DNA of 63,519 nucleotides, taken from positions 83,647,062 to 83,710,580 of the forward strand of contig NC_057719.1 of NCBI RefSeq assembly GCF_004010195.1, in the 5' to 3' direction. The notes below the pieces were generated by a model that saw nothing but the letters and a program-made list of their open reading frames with translations, had not been told where the DNA came from and ran no database searches. The translations under genes were made by a program, and so were the position numbers. The number at the start of each line of letters is the position of its first letter. Positions within the stretch are counted from its first letter, which is position 1. Of this stretch, positions 24,001 through 36,210 are shown one piece after another. The DNA is from Chiloscyllium plagiosum. Its lineage: Eukaryota.

Positions 24001-26179
24001 CTGCTCTTGTAGCCACAGTGTCTATATGGGGAGTCCAGTTGAGGAAATGGTAACCTCCAGGACATTGATAGTGGGGGATTCAGTGATGGTAATGCCAATG
24101 ATGTCAAGAAGCAGTGGTTAGATTGACTCCTTTGGAGATGGTCAATACCTGATATGTGTGGTGTGAATGTTACTTACCACCTGTCAGCCTAAGCCTGGAT
24201 ATTGCCCAGATCTTGTTGCATTTGAACATGGACAGCTTCAGTGTCTGAGGAGTTGTGAATATTGCTGAACGTTGTGCAACCATCAACGAACATCCCCCCT
24301 TCTGACCTTATGATGGAGAGAAGATCATTGATGAAGCAGCTGAAGATGGTTGGCCCTAGGGCAATACCCTGAGGAACTCCTACAGAGATGTCCTGGAGCT
24401 GAGATGACTGACCTCCAACAACCACAAAAACCTTCCTATGTGCCAGACAACCAGTGGAGGGTTTGCCCCCAATACCCATTGATTCCAGCTTTGTTCAGGT
24501 TCCTATGCCCGCGCCCAATCAAATGCAGCCTTGATGTCAAGGGTTGCCCCTCTCCCCTCCCCTCTGGAATGCAGCTCTTGTGTCCATGGTTGAACCAAGG
24601 CTGTAATGAGGTCAGGGGCTGAGTGGACCTGGCAGAACCCAAACTGGGCCTCACTGAGCAGGTTATTCACTCTAACCACTATTACCTGTAAGACACACTT
24701 TGACAAGTCACCAAATCTCCTTCGGGAGAATCCTCCAACCCACAGCCTCTACCACCTCACATTGCTGCATGAGGGAACACCGCCACCTGGAAGTTCCCCT
24801 CCAAGTCATTCACCATCCCCTTTTGGAAATGTATCGCAGATCCTTCAGTATCACTGGCTCAAAATCCTTAAATTAACAGTACTGTCCGTAAATCTACAAC
24901 TTGTGGATTCAGGGCTTCATTAGCACCATCTCAAGGGCAATGAGGGATGGGTCCGAAATGTTGACCTCGCCGGCAATGTTCACATCTCAAGAATGAATAG
25001 AAAGCCAACGCCTGAACTGGAAAACCAATGTAGAGTACTCCCAGAAGTGTTCGCTTTTGACAGTATAGATCAGGGTACCACTGCCACCCTCGAGGGGTCT
25101 GGTCTGCAGTGGAACAGGACATAGCCAAGAGTGATGATGATGGAGGACTCTGTCATATCAGCTGGAAGCTATGAGTCAGTGAATATGGCGGTTTTTACTT
25201 CACAGGTCACAATGACAGCTCTCCTGAGGAGGACCCTGCATCAGACGACAGTGCATTGTTGCCTTGGTTGAAGCCAATTGGTCCAATCAGTTTAATTCTG
25301 AGTGAACTCCACTGTTATGATTTGAAACGTCAGTGTAGATGCTAGAGTATTTCAGGGGACAGTTTAGAGTCAAGCATGTCACTGTACATCTGGAGTCATG
25401 AGTGAGTCAGACCGGGTAAGGACGGCAAATTCCCTTTCCTAAAAAGGACATCGATGAACCAGATGGGTGTTTGCAATAATTCAATAGCTTGGTGGGCATT
25501 ATTCATGTGGCTAGCATTTCATGCCATAGTTCAACAAAAGGTACATACTGATATTAATGAACAGTACACCTGAATTAATCTAGCTGATTGGTAGTAACTG
25601 AGCGAGGATAACTGAACTGAGTTGTCAGAACTAAAATTTATCAATCAGCATGCATTATTTGGCACATATCATTAATAAAATGAGTATTTATTCAGAAATA
25701 CCTGGACTAAAACAAGAATAACAGAATCCCTACAGTGTGGAAACAGGCCATTCAGCCCATCGTGTCCACAGCAACCCTCCAAAGAACATCCTGCCCAGTT
25801 GCACCCTGTAGCCCTGCATTTCCCATGGCTAATCTACTTAGCCTGCACATCCCTAGACACTATAGGCACTTTAGCATGGAACAAACACATGAACTCTGTG
25901 GACTATAACATGGGTGATGCTTACAGCACTCTGATGCAGCATCTCCCAGTCCCCAAATGACACTTGCCCCTGCACTTAAAAATGGAGTCCTTCAGTCGAC
26001 AGGTTACAGCTAGTAACAGGCAAACAGGCCTCAAATTGTTCAAGGAGCATACTCAGCCCACGTGCTCCAGAGCAGGAGTCTGAAGGCAACCTGAGATGTG
26101 AACCAGTGCTTACTCCTCCTCCTGCAACTGACAGGCCATGCAGCCCGACCCCCTCAGAATTCTCCCCACCTCCCCGTAC
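21033..26179 (-). CDS. Candidate three phase-compatible exons (26114-26179, 22640-22760, 21033-21215) of an unidentified protein
   Basis: GT-AG sites; spliced frame open to TGA: YGEVGRILRGSGCMACQLQEEE-FKMQHITNVRENSRK..AGIG-HGFPPPHPRRLSSDK..RAELMHL*; no homolog recognised. Confidence 0.2.
21330..21650 (-). mobile_element. HE1 SINE
   Basis: Antisense head, core and tail. Confidence 0.88.
22085..22308. mobile_element. Palindromic mini-element made of two inverted PLE terminal repeats
   Basis: 22085-22171 is the reverse complement of 22176-22266; TSD actgacacaatgctg (22073-22087) / actgacgcaatgctg (22309-22323). Confidence 0.88.
22177..22204 (+). ncRNA. Minimal type I hammerhead ribozyme motif (PLE-associated)
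   Basis: CTGAAGA-A-GGGC-TCAT-GCCC-GAAA-CG-TC. Confidence 0.65.
23133..23330. mobile_element. Second-family palindromic PLE-terminus mini-element with hammerhead motif
   Basis: Arms ~23172-23232 and ~23271-23330 are inverted; minus-strand CTGATGA-AGGAACAGCGCTCT-GAAA-GC-TT at 23226-23254; TSD ctacatggaagtga / ctaaatggaagtga. Confidence 0.78.
23505..23765 (-). mobile_element. HE1 SINE
   Basis: Antisense head and tail, internal deletion. Confidence 0.88.
24700..24998 (+). mobile_element. 3' fragment of the 288-2692 LINE family
   Basis: aagggcaatgagggatggg..aaatgttgacc..gaatgaatag tail. Confidence 0.65.
25722..25880 (-). mobile_element. HE1 SINE 3' part
   Basis: gaatccctacagtgtggaaacaggcc. Confidence 0.82.
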
Positions 26180-26186
26180 CTGAACA

Positions 26187-27186
26187 CAGAGAGACAGAGA
26201 GAGAGAGTGCAGGGGCAAGTGTCAGTTGGGAGAGAGAGACACACACACAGAGGAAGAGACCGAGAGGGAAAGACAGAGAGAGACAGACGCAGAGAGAGGG
26301 AGAGAGAGAGAGAGAGAGAGAGAGACACACACACACAGAGGAAGAGACAGAGAGGGAAAGACAGAGAGAGACAGACGCAGAGAGAGGGAGAGANNNNNNN
26401 NNNNNNNNNNNNNNNNNNNNNNNNNNNNNNNNNNNNNNNNNNNNNNNNNNNNNNNNNNNNNNNNNNNNNNNNNNNNNNNNNNNNNNNNNNNNNNNNNNNN
26501 NNNNNNNNNNNNNNNNNNNNNNNNNNNNNNNNNNNNNNNNNNNNNNNNNNNNNNNNNNNNNNNNNNNNNNNNNNNNNNNNNNNNNNNNNNNNNNNNNNNN
26601 NNNNNNNNNNNNNNNNNNNNNNNNNNNNNNNNNNNNNNNNNNNNNNNNNNNNNNNNNNNNNNNNNNNNNNNNNNNNNNNNNNNNNNNNNNNNNNNNNNNN
26701 NNNNNNNNNNNNNNNNNNNNNNNNNNNNNNNNNNNNNNNNNNNNNNNNNNNNNNNNNNNNNNNNNNNNNNNNNNNNNNNNNNNNNNNNNNNNNNNNNNNN
26801 NNNNNNNNNNNNNNNNNNNNNNNNNNNNNNNNNNNNNNNNNNNNNNNNNNNNNNNNNNNNNNNNNNNNNNNNNNNNNNNNNNNNNNNNNNNNNNNNNNNN
26901 NNNNNNNNNNNNNNNNNNNNNNNNNNGAGGCAAAGAGAGAGTAAAGAGAGAGAGAGACAGACAGAGAGACAGAGAGACAGAGAAAGAGAGAGCCATAGAG
27001 ACAGAGAGAGAGAAAAGAGTGAGATAGAGAGAGAGAGACAAACAGACAGTGAGAGAGAGAGACAGGCAGACAGAGAGAGAGACAGAGAGACAGAGAGAGA
27101 GAGAGAGAGACAGATACAGAGACAGAGAGAGACACACACAGACAGAGAGATGCATAAAGAGATAGAGAGAAAGAGAGAGAGAGAGA
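26187..27186. repeat. (GA)n/(GACA)n compound microsatellite spanning a gap
   Basis: Direct reading; includes a duplicated ~80-bp block at 26231-26393. Confidence 0.95.
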
Positions 27187-27909
27187 CCTCCCCTTAGATA
27201 GTCACCTCAAGAGATTTCCCCACAGAGGAGGGGGGAGCGGGGGGAATGAAGGCTAAGGAGGGTGGAGCTGGAGGGTGGAGCTCAGGAATCAGACAATTCA
27301 CTTCATTGGCGTACGATCCAAAAAAGTGCTTGAGACCTGTGAGGTCTCATTGATTGGCATTTTAAAATGAGTGATGGTATTCAGATTCGAACATTTAATG
27401 GGATTTTTAAGCCTTCCTTAAGCAAGTGCCCTTGATACTCACAGAAACTATGCCGGATCTATTTTTCCTGGTAGTCTACCTCGAGGAATTTTAGAAGTAA
27501 CCAGATATACTCTCAGCGTACTCTCCTACATTTGAACACAGTTATAGGTATCTAGTTACTAGATTGCATGGTCATTTGGGAAGCCCAGGTGCCCAAGGTA
27601 TCTATGGTTTGATGAACCCAATGCGGTGGTAAGCATGAACAGGATTCTGTGGGTTCACCCTGGAAAAACGGTCACTTTCACTGTGTCCAGGACACCCAAT
27701 GAGAGTCTTACTCTTTGTTATAGCAGCATAGGGTTCAGAGGATTGGTGGGGATTTCTACAAATGGGTGGCACAGAGTAAAGCACCTTAGCCCACAGCCCA
27801 GAGGAGGATTCAAAATGAGAATACCTGAACTAATACACCAAGTAAATGTACTCTAGTCCTGGTTTATCAGTCAGATACCCGATCTGACATTCCCTGATCC
27901 AACATAAGC

Positions 27910-28165
27910 TGGAGGCTCAGTGGTTAGCACCACTGCCTTGCAGCGCCAGGGACCCGGGTTCAATTCCAGTCTCGGGTGACTGTGTGGAGTTTGCACATTC
28001 TCCCTGGGTTTGCTCTGGTTTCCTCCAACAGTCCAAGGATGTGCCTAAGTGAATTGGCCATGCTAAATTGCCCAGAGTGTTCGGGTAGGGGAATGGGTCT
28101 GGGTGGGTTACTCTTCAGAGTGTTGGTGTGGTCCTGAAGGGCCTGTTTCCACACTATAGGGACTC
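27910..28165 (+). mobile_element. HE1 SINE
   Basis: A/B boxes, core, tail. Confidence 0.88.
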
Positions 28166-28179
28166 GAATTCGAGTTAAG

Positions 28180-29957
28180 AGTCTGCCTCCATCTTAAATC
28201 CACTCAATGACGTGGCCTCCACAGCCCTCTGTGGCAATGACTCCCACAAACTCACCAACCTCTGGCTGAAGAAATTCCTTCCCATCTCAATTCTAAAGGG
28301 TCATCCCTTCACTCTGAGACTGTGCCCTCAGGTCCTAGTCACTCCTATTAGTGGAAACATCTTCTCCACATCCACTCTACCCAGGCCCCTCAGTATCCTG
28401 TAAGTTCCAATCACATCCTCCCCTACGTCCTTCTAAACTCTATCGAGTATGGATCCAGAGTCCTCACATGACAAGCCTTTCATACCCACGATCATGGTTG
28501 TAAACCTCCTGTAGTCCCCCTCCAAGGCCAGCACATCCTTCCTTAGATACAGGGTCCAAAACCGCGCACAATATTCTCAATGTGATTGACCAGAGACTTA
28601 AATAGCCTAAGCAGTGCATCTCTGCTCTTGTTATCTAACCCTTTTGAAATGAATGCTAACTTTTGCCTTAACTGCCAATGGGATGGCACGGTGGCTCAGT
28701 GGTTAGCACTGCTGCCTCACAGCACCAGGGTCCCAGGTTCAAATCCCGCCTCAGATGATCGTCTGTGTGGAGTTTGCACGTTCTCCCGTGTCTGCGTGGG
28801 TTTCCTCCAGGTACTCCGGTTTCCTCCCACAGTCCAAAGATGTGCAGATCAGTTGAGTTGGCCATGCTAAATTGTCCATAGTGTTAGGTCCATTAGTCAG
28901 AGGGAAATGGGTCTGGGTGGTTACTCTTCAGAGGGTCGGTGTGGACTGGTTGGGCCAAAAGGCCTGTTTCCACATTGTAGGGAGTCTAATCTAAATTGAA
29001 TCTGCATGTTAACCTTTTAAAAAATCCTGTACTAGAGCTCCCAAGTCCCTTTCTGCTTCAGTTTTCCAAAGCCTTTCCCTGTTTAGAAAATAGTCTATGC
29101 CTCCATTCTTCCTCCCAAAATGTATAGCCTCATACTTTTTCACATTGTACTGCATCTGCCACTTCTTTTCTCATTCTCCTAGCCTGCCTAACCCCTTCTG
29201 CAACATCCCCACTTCCTCAACGCTACCTGTCCATCCATCTAGCTTTGTGTCATCTACAAACTTAGCAACAATGCCCTCAGTTCCAGATCATTAATGTATA
29301 ACATGAATGGTTGTGGTCTCAACGTGGACCCCTGTGGAACTCCACTAATCACCAGTTACCATCCTGAAAAAAAAATCCTTTATCTCCACTCTCTGCCTTC
29401 TGCCAGTCAGCCAACCCTCAATCCATGCCAGTACCTTGCCCCGAACACCATGGGCTGTTAACTTATTCAGGAGCATCCTATCTTTGGCACTTTGCCAAAG
29501 GCTTCCTGGCAATCCAAATAGAGGATGTCCACACTCTCTCCTTTGTCCAGCTTGCTCATTACCTCCTCAAAGAATTCCAACAGATTTGTCAGGCGTGATC
29601 TTCCCTTTGATGAAAGTGAGCTGACTCGGCCCTATTTTACCATAGACTTCCAAGTACTCCATAATCTCATGCTTAATAATGGACTGAAAATCTCACCAAT
29701 GACTGAGGTCAGGTTGACTGGCCTGTAGTTTCCTGTCTCATGCCTCCCTCCCTTCTTAAACAGGGCTGTTATGTCAGCCATTTTCCAGTTCTTTGGGACC
29801 CTCCTTCATACCAGTGATCCCTGAAAGATCATCACAGATGTCTCTACAAACTCCTCAACTACCTCCTTCACAGAGAAACCTGGGCTGTAGTTCATCGGGT
29901 CTGGGTAATTTATCCACCTTCAGACTTTTCAGCTTCCGCAGCACCACCTCCTTAGTG
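28180..29957 (-). mobile_element. CR1 LINE (second CR1 family) RT and 3' region, interrupted by a SINE
   Basis: Antisense NYRPVNLTSVIG (~29700-29730), LLEFFEEV (~29560-29585), SGVPQGS (~29325-29345), FVDD; same family at 48800-50172. Confidence 0.85.
28680..28993 (+). mobile_element. HE1 SINE, full length
   Basis: ggcacggtggctcagtggttagcact; ggttcaaatcc; tail. Confidence 0.93.
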
Positions 29958-30560
29958 ACAGAAATTGCTGGAGAATCTCAGCAGGTCTGGCAGCATCTGT
30001 GGAGAGAAATCAGGTTAACATTTCGGATCCAGTGACCCTTCTTCAGAACTGATGGTAGCTAGGAAAATGTTGTTTTTATGGAGAATATAGGGTGGGGGGT
30101 GGGGTGGGGATAAAGAGTAAGCAATAGGGGAGGTAGAGCCCAAAGCGAGAGAAGAACTATTGGCCAGACAAAGGAGTGGTTAACGGTCAGCCTGGGAGGA
30201 TGAATAGCTGCTAATGGGACAATTAGTGGCTAACAATGGGCTGTGTGTAATAGCAAACCATTTGTTAACAAGGCCTGTTGTGTTGCATTGGGGAAGGTGC
30301 CTCAAGGTCTAAAATTGTTGAACTCGATATTAAGTCTAGAAGTGTCGAGTTCCCAAGCAGAAAATGAGATGCTGTTCTTCCAGCTTGTGCTGAGCTTCAA
30401 TGGAGCATAACAGGAGGCCTCTGAGATGGAGATATTGGCTGGGAACGGGGTGGTGTGTTGAAGTAGCAGGCAATGGGAAGTTCAAGGCCTTTTTTTGCGA
30501 TGGAATGTAGGGGTTCTGAGAAGCAATCACCCAACCCATGCTTCATTTCCCTACGATAGT
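29958..30560 (-). mobile_element. Penelope-like element (third family) 3' end
   Basis: LPIACYFN..QHKLEEQHLIFCLGT; terminal repeat 29958-30050; sister copy on + strand at 45110-45805. Confidence 0.82.
30014..30049 (-). ncRNA. Minimal type I hammerhead ribozyme motif
   Basis: Minus strand GTT-CTGAAGA-A-GGGTC-ACTG-GATCC-GAAA-TG-TT-AAC; stem I GTT/AAC, 5-bp stem II. Confidence 0.62.
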
Positions 30561-30608
30561 GTAGCCTACTAAATACCTGAATCAGAGTATCTGATCTGAT
30601 AGGTGGGA

Positions 30609-30916
30609 AGGGCGGCACAGTGGCTCAGTGGTGAGCACTGTTACCTCACAGCTCCACGGACCCAGGTTCGATTCCAGCCTCAGGCGACTGACTGTGTGGA
30701 GTTTGCACGTTCTCCCCGTGTCTGCGTGGGTTTCCTCCGGGTGCTCCGGTTTCCTCCCACAGTCCAAAGAGGTGCAGGCCAGGTGAATTGGCCGTGCTAA
30801 ATTGCCCGTAGTGTTAGGTGCATTAGCCAGAAGGAAATGGGTCTGGGTGGGTTACTCTTCGGAGGGTCGGTGTGGACTTGTTGGGCCGAAGGGCCCGTTT
30901 CCACACTGTAGGGAAT
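30609..30916 (+). mobile_element. HE1 SINE, full length
   Basis: A/B boxes, core, tail. Confidence 0.93.
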
Positions 30917-31007
30917 TAGAGTAACATATCTGATATAGGTAGATATGAATAGCTCCACGGAAATATCTGAGTTAGAATACCTGGTCTGACATATCTGAAT
31001 TACAGCT

Positions 31008-31586
31008 GGAAATTGTGGTGCTGGAAAAGCACAGCAGGTCAGGTAGCATCTGAGGAGCAGGAGAGCTGATGTCTTGGCATAAGCACTTCATTAGAATACG
31101 GGGAGGGAGAGCAAAGGGGGCTGAGAGATAATAGGAGGGGGTGGGGGCTGGGAGTGGCAGGTAGCTGGGCAGGTGATAGGTGGATGCAGGTGGGGGTTGA
31201 TAGTGATTGTTCGGAGCAGAGCGGATAGGTGGGTGGCATGTGCCTCAGAGATCTTCTCTGAAACATTCCGCGAGTTGGTGTCCTGTCTCCCCAATGTAGA
31301 GGAGACCATTTAGAGAGCAACGGACACAGTAGATGAGGTGTTTGGAGGTGCAGGAAAATCTCTGCCAGATGTGGAAGGATCCTTTGGGGCCTTGGATCGA
31401 GGTGAGTGGCAGGGGAATGTGCCAGGAGTGGAGGGTGGGTTGGTGGGGGGGGGGCATGGACTGAAGGAGGGAGTCGCTGAAGGAATGGTCTCTGCGGAAT
31501 GCTGATAGGGGCGGGGAGGGAAATATATTTCTGGTGGTGGGGTCTGACTGTAGGTGGCAGAAATGGCGGGGGATGATGCGTTGTAT
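31008..31586 (-). mobile_element. Penelope-like element fragment, internally deleted
   Basis: HLIYCVRCSLNGLLYIGETGHQLAECFRE (GIY-YIG). Confidence 0.88.
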
Positions 31587-31935
31587 CTGATGTGCCTTAC
31601 TCTGATTATCCGATCTGATATACCTGAATAGCTGCTTGGAAATACCTGAATCCCTGATCTGATATATCTGAATAAGAATGCTTGTAATCTTGAATTAGAG
31701 TACCAGGTCTGACATGCATGAATCTGATTTCCTGGCATGAAGTACGTGAACCAGAGAATGGGTGATCTGATATACCTGAATTAGAGTGCCTGATCTGATG
31801 TCCCTGAATCTAAATGCCTGATCTGACATACTTGAATTAGTATGGTGATATATCTGAATTCGGATACAGAACCTGACATATCTGAATCGGTGTGCCTGAT
31901 CTGATGAACCTGAATTATGTTCCAATATACCTGAA
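31586..31935. repeat. Degenerate tandem repeat (atatctgaatt..atacctgatctg, ~28-bp period)
   Basis: Repeating cctgatctga / atctgaatt words; pieces also at 30570-30600, 30920-31000, 34065-34125. Confidence 0.7.
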
Positions 31936-32480
31936 TGCTATACTGCCACATATTTGCCCAGTCACTCAGTTTGTCCAAATCTCACTGAAGCATCTCTGCA
32001 TCCTCTTCACAGCTCCCACTCCCAGCCAGGTTTGTGTCATCTACAAATGTGGAGATATGACAGATAGTTCCCTCATCTGAATCATTAATATATATTGTGA
32101 ATAGCTAAGGGTCCTGGTGCCGATCCCTGCAGTACCCCATTGGCCACTGTCATTCAGAAAAACATACGTGTTTATTGCTACTCCTAGTTTCCAGTCTACC
32201 GACCAGTTCTCTATCCATGTCAAGAGTGTGTGGTTGGTGCTGGAAAAGCACAGCAGGTCATGCAACATCGGAAGAGCAGGAGAATCAATGTTTTGGGCAG
32301 GAGCCCTCCATGTCAATGCACTTCCCCCAATCCCTTTTGCTTTACTTTTCCACGCTAATCTCTTCTGCAGCATCTTATTGAAAGCATTCTGAAAGTTCAA
32401 GTAAACCACATCCATTGGCTCCCCCTTATTGACTCTATGGTTAGATTTGTCAAGTGTCATTTCCCTTTTGTAAATCCATG
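31936..32480 (-). mobile_element. Old CR1 RT fragment containing an 83-bp PLE-terminus insert
   Basis: DVVYLNFQNAFNKM..LTWIENW; insert 32224-32306 with TSD tccatgtcaa. Confidence 0.8.
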
Positions 32481-33319
32481 AATTTCACCAGAATTCTGGT
32501 CCCCATCTGTGCAGCATATACTGATGTCAGATTTCTCTTCGGAAATTTCTTGGGGATGGGGGTAGTGAGGAACGATTGGGTTAGGTGTCATGGTAGTGAG
32601 ATCCCAATCAAGAACTAAATTAGTCCCCAGTGCACATGTAAATAGGCAAATACCATCAGAACAGCACAACACAGCCTTACACATACAGCAGATAGTCGAC
32701 ATGTGTAGTGGTTTTTCATTCATTTATGAATGCAGAACTATAGTTTTGATGCAACATTGACCGAAATGACCTTGGACGGTGTGCTCTGATCATTGGTGGC
32801 GTGAGGGCCCTTGGCATTGTGGGTAATTCCCTCCCTGGTGACCGATGACCTGCTCCTTTCCTGACTTGTCACATTGGGTACTCCGTCTTCAATCTGCGAT
32901 AATACTGCCAGGCTGGGCATTACCCTTCCACTGGCATCTTAGGCCTCACTTCTCCCATGAAAACAATAGTAAGTAAATGAGTGCCAGATCTGGATGGATC
33001 AGTAACTCAGGTCAGTGTTCAGCCACTTTGACCCTTCTGCGTTGACCACTATGGTTTCCTTGTGGGTCACTTTCCCAGTCAGAACACCCCAGGCCTCAAA
33101 GCCTTGCTGTTCTTTCCTGTCACAAAACCTTGGAACTCCCTCCTTACCAGCAGTGTGGATTTATCTATACCACTTGGGCTGCAGTTATTCAAGAAGACAG
33201 CTTATTAACACCCTTTCAAGGGGCAATTAGGGATGGGCAATAAGTCATACCATTTCCAATAACCAGCATTTCTAGATGAGAGAGAGAAAGAAAGTTAATT
33301 TTCTGTGTTCCTTCTCAGA

Positions 33320-33513
33320 GTACACCTAAATTCACTACAATGCGGTCGACGAATTGGGGACACTGTATTTAAAGCACAAACATTTAAAGCATGTATTGTT
33401 TGTGATGTGTTTCCAGCCCCATTAGTTTAAATGGTCCTGCTACGGCACGATTTTCTTATAACACGGCCTTGCACGACAACAGAACTACCGTGTCATAGCA
33501 GAACCAACAGGTA
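33320..33513. mobile_element. Tigger-like MITE
   Basis: Ends cgtgtcatagcagaaccaacag(gta); internal gccccattagtttaaatg shared with the 45890-46083 copy. Confidence 0.55.
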
Positions 33514-34279
33514 CTTCTTTTGGCTTGCATTCCCATCAACCTTTGCACTGTCAGCAAACATCAATGCATTGCACTCAGGGTCTTTGTCAATGTCACTAAT
33601 ACAGATTGTAAATACCTGAGGCCCCAGACCTGCATTTTACTAGTTCCGATCTGCCAACTTGGAGATGCCCCATTGATTCCTCCTCTATATCTCCAGTCTA
33701 TTAACCAATTCACCACCATGTTAAAACACCAGCCCCAAACTCCATGAGCTCTTGGTCACCTTATCAACAAGTTTGGGAATTCAAGTTCACTACAGCTCCC
33801 CCTTTACCTACCGTTACATTTACATCAACACAATACTCACTAATAAATTCATCAGACGTGATTTCCCTTTCGCAAACTACACTGATTTTGTTTCATCACA
33901 GTACGATTTCAAAAGTGGATTGTTAAAACTTTCTTGATAGTATTTTCCTGTTGACTTATGTTTTCTTTCCTTTTTCCCTGTTTTCTTTTCCCTCTTCTCT
34001 TGATTAGCAGTGTTACTTTTGCCATCTTCCCCCAGTCCAGAAGCCTGACCTGGAATAACGGAAATAAAATACCTGAATTTCAAATACATGAATGAGATTA
34101 CCAGAATTAAAACATCTGAATCGAACTTAAATAACAGTCAAAAGGTGTGGTGCTGGAAAAGCACAGCCGAGGAGCAGGAGAGTTGACGTTTCAAGTATAA
34201 ACCCTTCATCAGGAATGGGGGAGGCCCAAGGTAGGACAGTTCAAGAGGGCAAAAATGATATAAGGAATTGAAATGCAGA

Positions 34280-34740
34280 TCAGACCAGATCTAACCAAGC
34301 AACCCTCATTTAACTGAGTAGGCCTGATCAAACTGAGTAGGCCTGATGAAGCTATTTGGTCTGATCTGGGTGGGCCTGATCTGACTCAACAGGCCTGATC
34401 TAACTCAGCAGGCCTAGCCTAACTGAGTAGGCCTGTTCTAACTGAGCAGGCTGGATCTAACTGTGTAGGCATGATCTAAACATGTGGGCCTGATCAAACC
34501 ATGTGGGCCTTATCTAACCGAGTAGACCTGATATAACTGAGTAGGCCTTATCTAACCGAATAGGCCTGAATCTAACTGAGTAGGCTTCATCTAATCAAAT
34601 ATGCCGGGTCCAATTGGGTAGACCTTATCTAACCAAGCAAACCTGATCTAACTGAACAAACCTGATCTAACCACATAGGCTTGATCCAACCATGTAGACC
34701 TGAACAAACCTAATCTAACTGAGCAGTCCTGATCGACTGA
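34280..34740. repeat. ~19-bp minisatellite (TAACTGAGTAGGCCTGATC)n, >20 degenerate copies
   Basis: Direct reading. Confidence 0.9.
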
Positions 34741-35911
34741 ATGTCCGACTCCTCTTCCTGATGATCCCAAGCTGAGGTTAAAGTGTAAAACAGTGAGAAC
34801 AGAGCAAAAGAGTGCCAGCCTTTCACTGCTGTAGATACACCACTTGGTCTGTACACCCTTATGCTTTTAACCAGCGTCAAACTTATGAGGAACATGAAAT
34901 GCATGTTTTGGCCTACGGCAGAGTGGACCAGGTTCCAGGAATATTCTGGAAACATTCCTGAGGTGGAGGTTAGGCAAAGGTTAATAAGATGCATGTATTA
35001 CAAGTTCTTCTTTCATTTCAAAGTAATACTTGGCTCCCTTTCATAATGGCATATTGTTTTCAAACACATAATTAAACCCTTACAGTCAGAAGGTCTGCTG
35101 ACTTCTTGTCCTGATATAAAAATACATAAAACTTCGAAAGCTAGCAAAAGCTGCCCAACTAAAACAACTCCCACAGTTTCCAAAAAAAAACCCAGCAGAA
35201 GAAAACATCACTGAGTACAGCCCTCTGCGACGAGGAATGAGACTGAAAGTGCAGAGGGCTACTTGTACTTCAAACTCCAAGTGTACCCGACATCTGATCA
35301 CTTCGGGGGGGGGGGGGGGGAGGGTTGGATTTTGAAGAAGGAGTGGATTTAGCACTTACTGATTTCACCAGCTTTATTTTCCAGGCAGCTGTAGAGGAAT
35401 TCGATTCTCTTCCCCACATCAACGTCCCATTTTCTGAACATTTTAAATCAGTAACTGCTCAGATACTTCAAATGGAAAGGATTCGTTCTTCAGGCCACAA
35501 ACTCTGAACCTATTCCTGAAGATTTTACCTCATGACTTTCCCCTACAACTCCCCCATCCAGTTCCATACTGTCGGAATGAATTACCAAAGGAAATGGAAG
35601 AAATACTTATATTTCTTTCTAATGGCTCCATTTATTTTCTTTCTGAGTTGCACCCAGGAGAGTAATCCTTAATCCTGCAGGATTGGCAACTTCATTCTCC
35701 AAAATATATCTCAATGTGCCTTGACAAGCAAAAGTAACCAGTTGGTTCAGAGAGGGTGATAGCAGGGAGTAGAAATGGAAAATTAAAAACGTGAATTTTG
35801 AGTAACACTGGAGTATAATAAGATTTAAAACTCCGGCTTCTTCTCAACTCCAGAAGTTGAGAAGAAGCTGGAATGAAACTCTCCAAAGGAGTTCAAAGTT
35901 TCTAAAGGAAT

Positions 35912-36210
35912 AGGGCAGCACAGTGGCTCAGTGGTTAGCTCTACTGCTCATAACACTAGGGACCCGGGTTCGATTCCAGTCTCGGGTGATTGTCTGTGTG
36001 GACTTTGCTCATTCTCCCCGTGCCTGTGTGTGTTTCCTCCGGGTGCTCTGGTTTCCTCCCACAGTCCGAAGATCTGCAGGTTAGGTGAATTGGCCGTGGG
36101 AAATGCAGTGTACAAGGTAGGGAGGTGGGTCTGGGTGGGATGCTCACCAGTGGGTTGGTGAGAACTTGATGGGTTGAATGGCCCGCCTCTACACTCTAGG
36201 GATTCTATGA
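35912..36210 (+). mobile_element. HE1 SINE
   Basis: A/B boxes, core, tail. Confidence 0.9.

Larger units (their letters stand above)
22868..24665 (-). mobile_element. Copy of the 288-2692 LINE family, interrupted by a SINE and two PLE mini-inserts
   Basis: AQFGFCQVHSAPDLITALVQPWT..LDIKAAFD; GVPQGIALGPTIFSCFINDL..MFVDG; 3' tail at 22870-22940. Confidence 0.88.

Noticed and set aside
26098..27197. 300+ aa ORFs rich in ER/SL repeats
   Set aside because: Translations of a GA microsatellite plus an N gap; not genes.
28680..28752. tRNA-like sequences with A/B boxes
   Set aside because: These are heads of HE1 SINEs that continue into SINE body and tail; no true tRNA gene is supported.
32738..32920. 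Ser/Thr-rich minus ORF (and a similar one at 43320-43547)
   Set aside because: No convincing splice sites or recognisable homology; length is within chance expectation.
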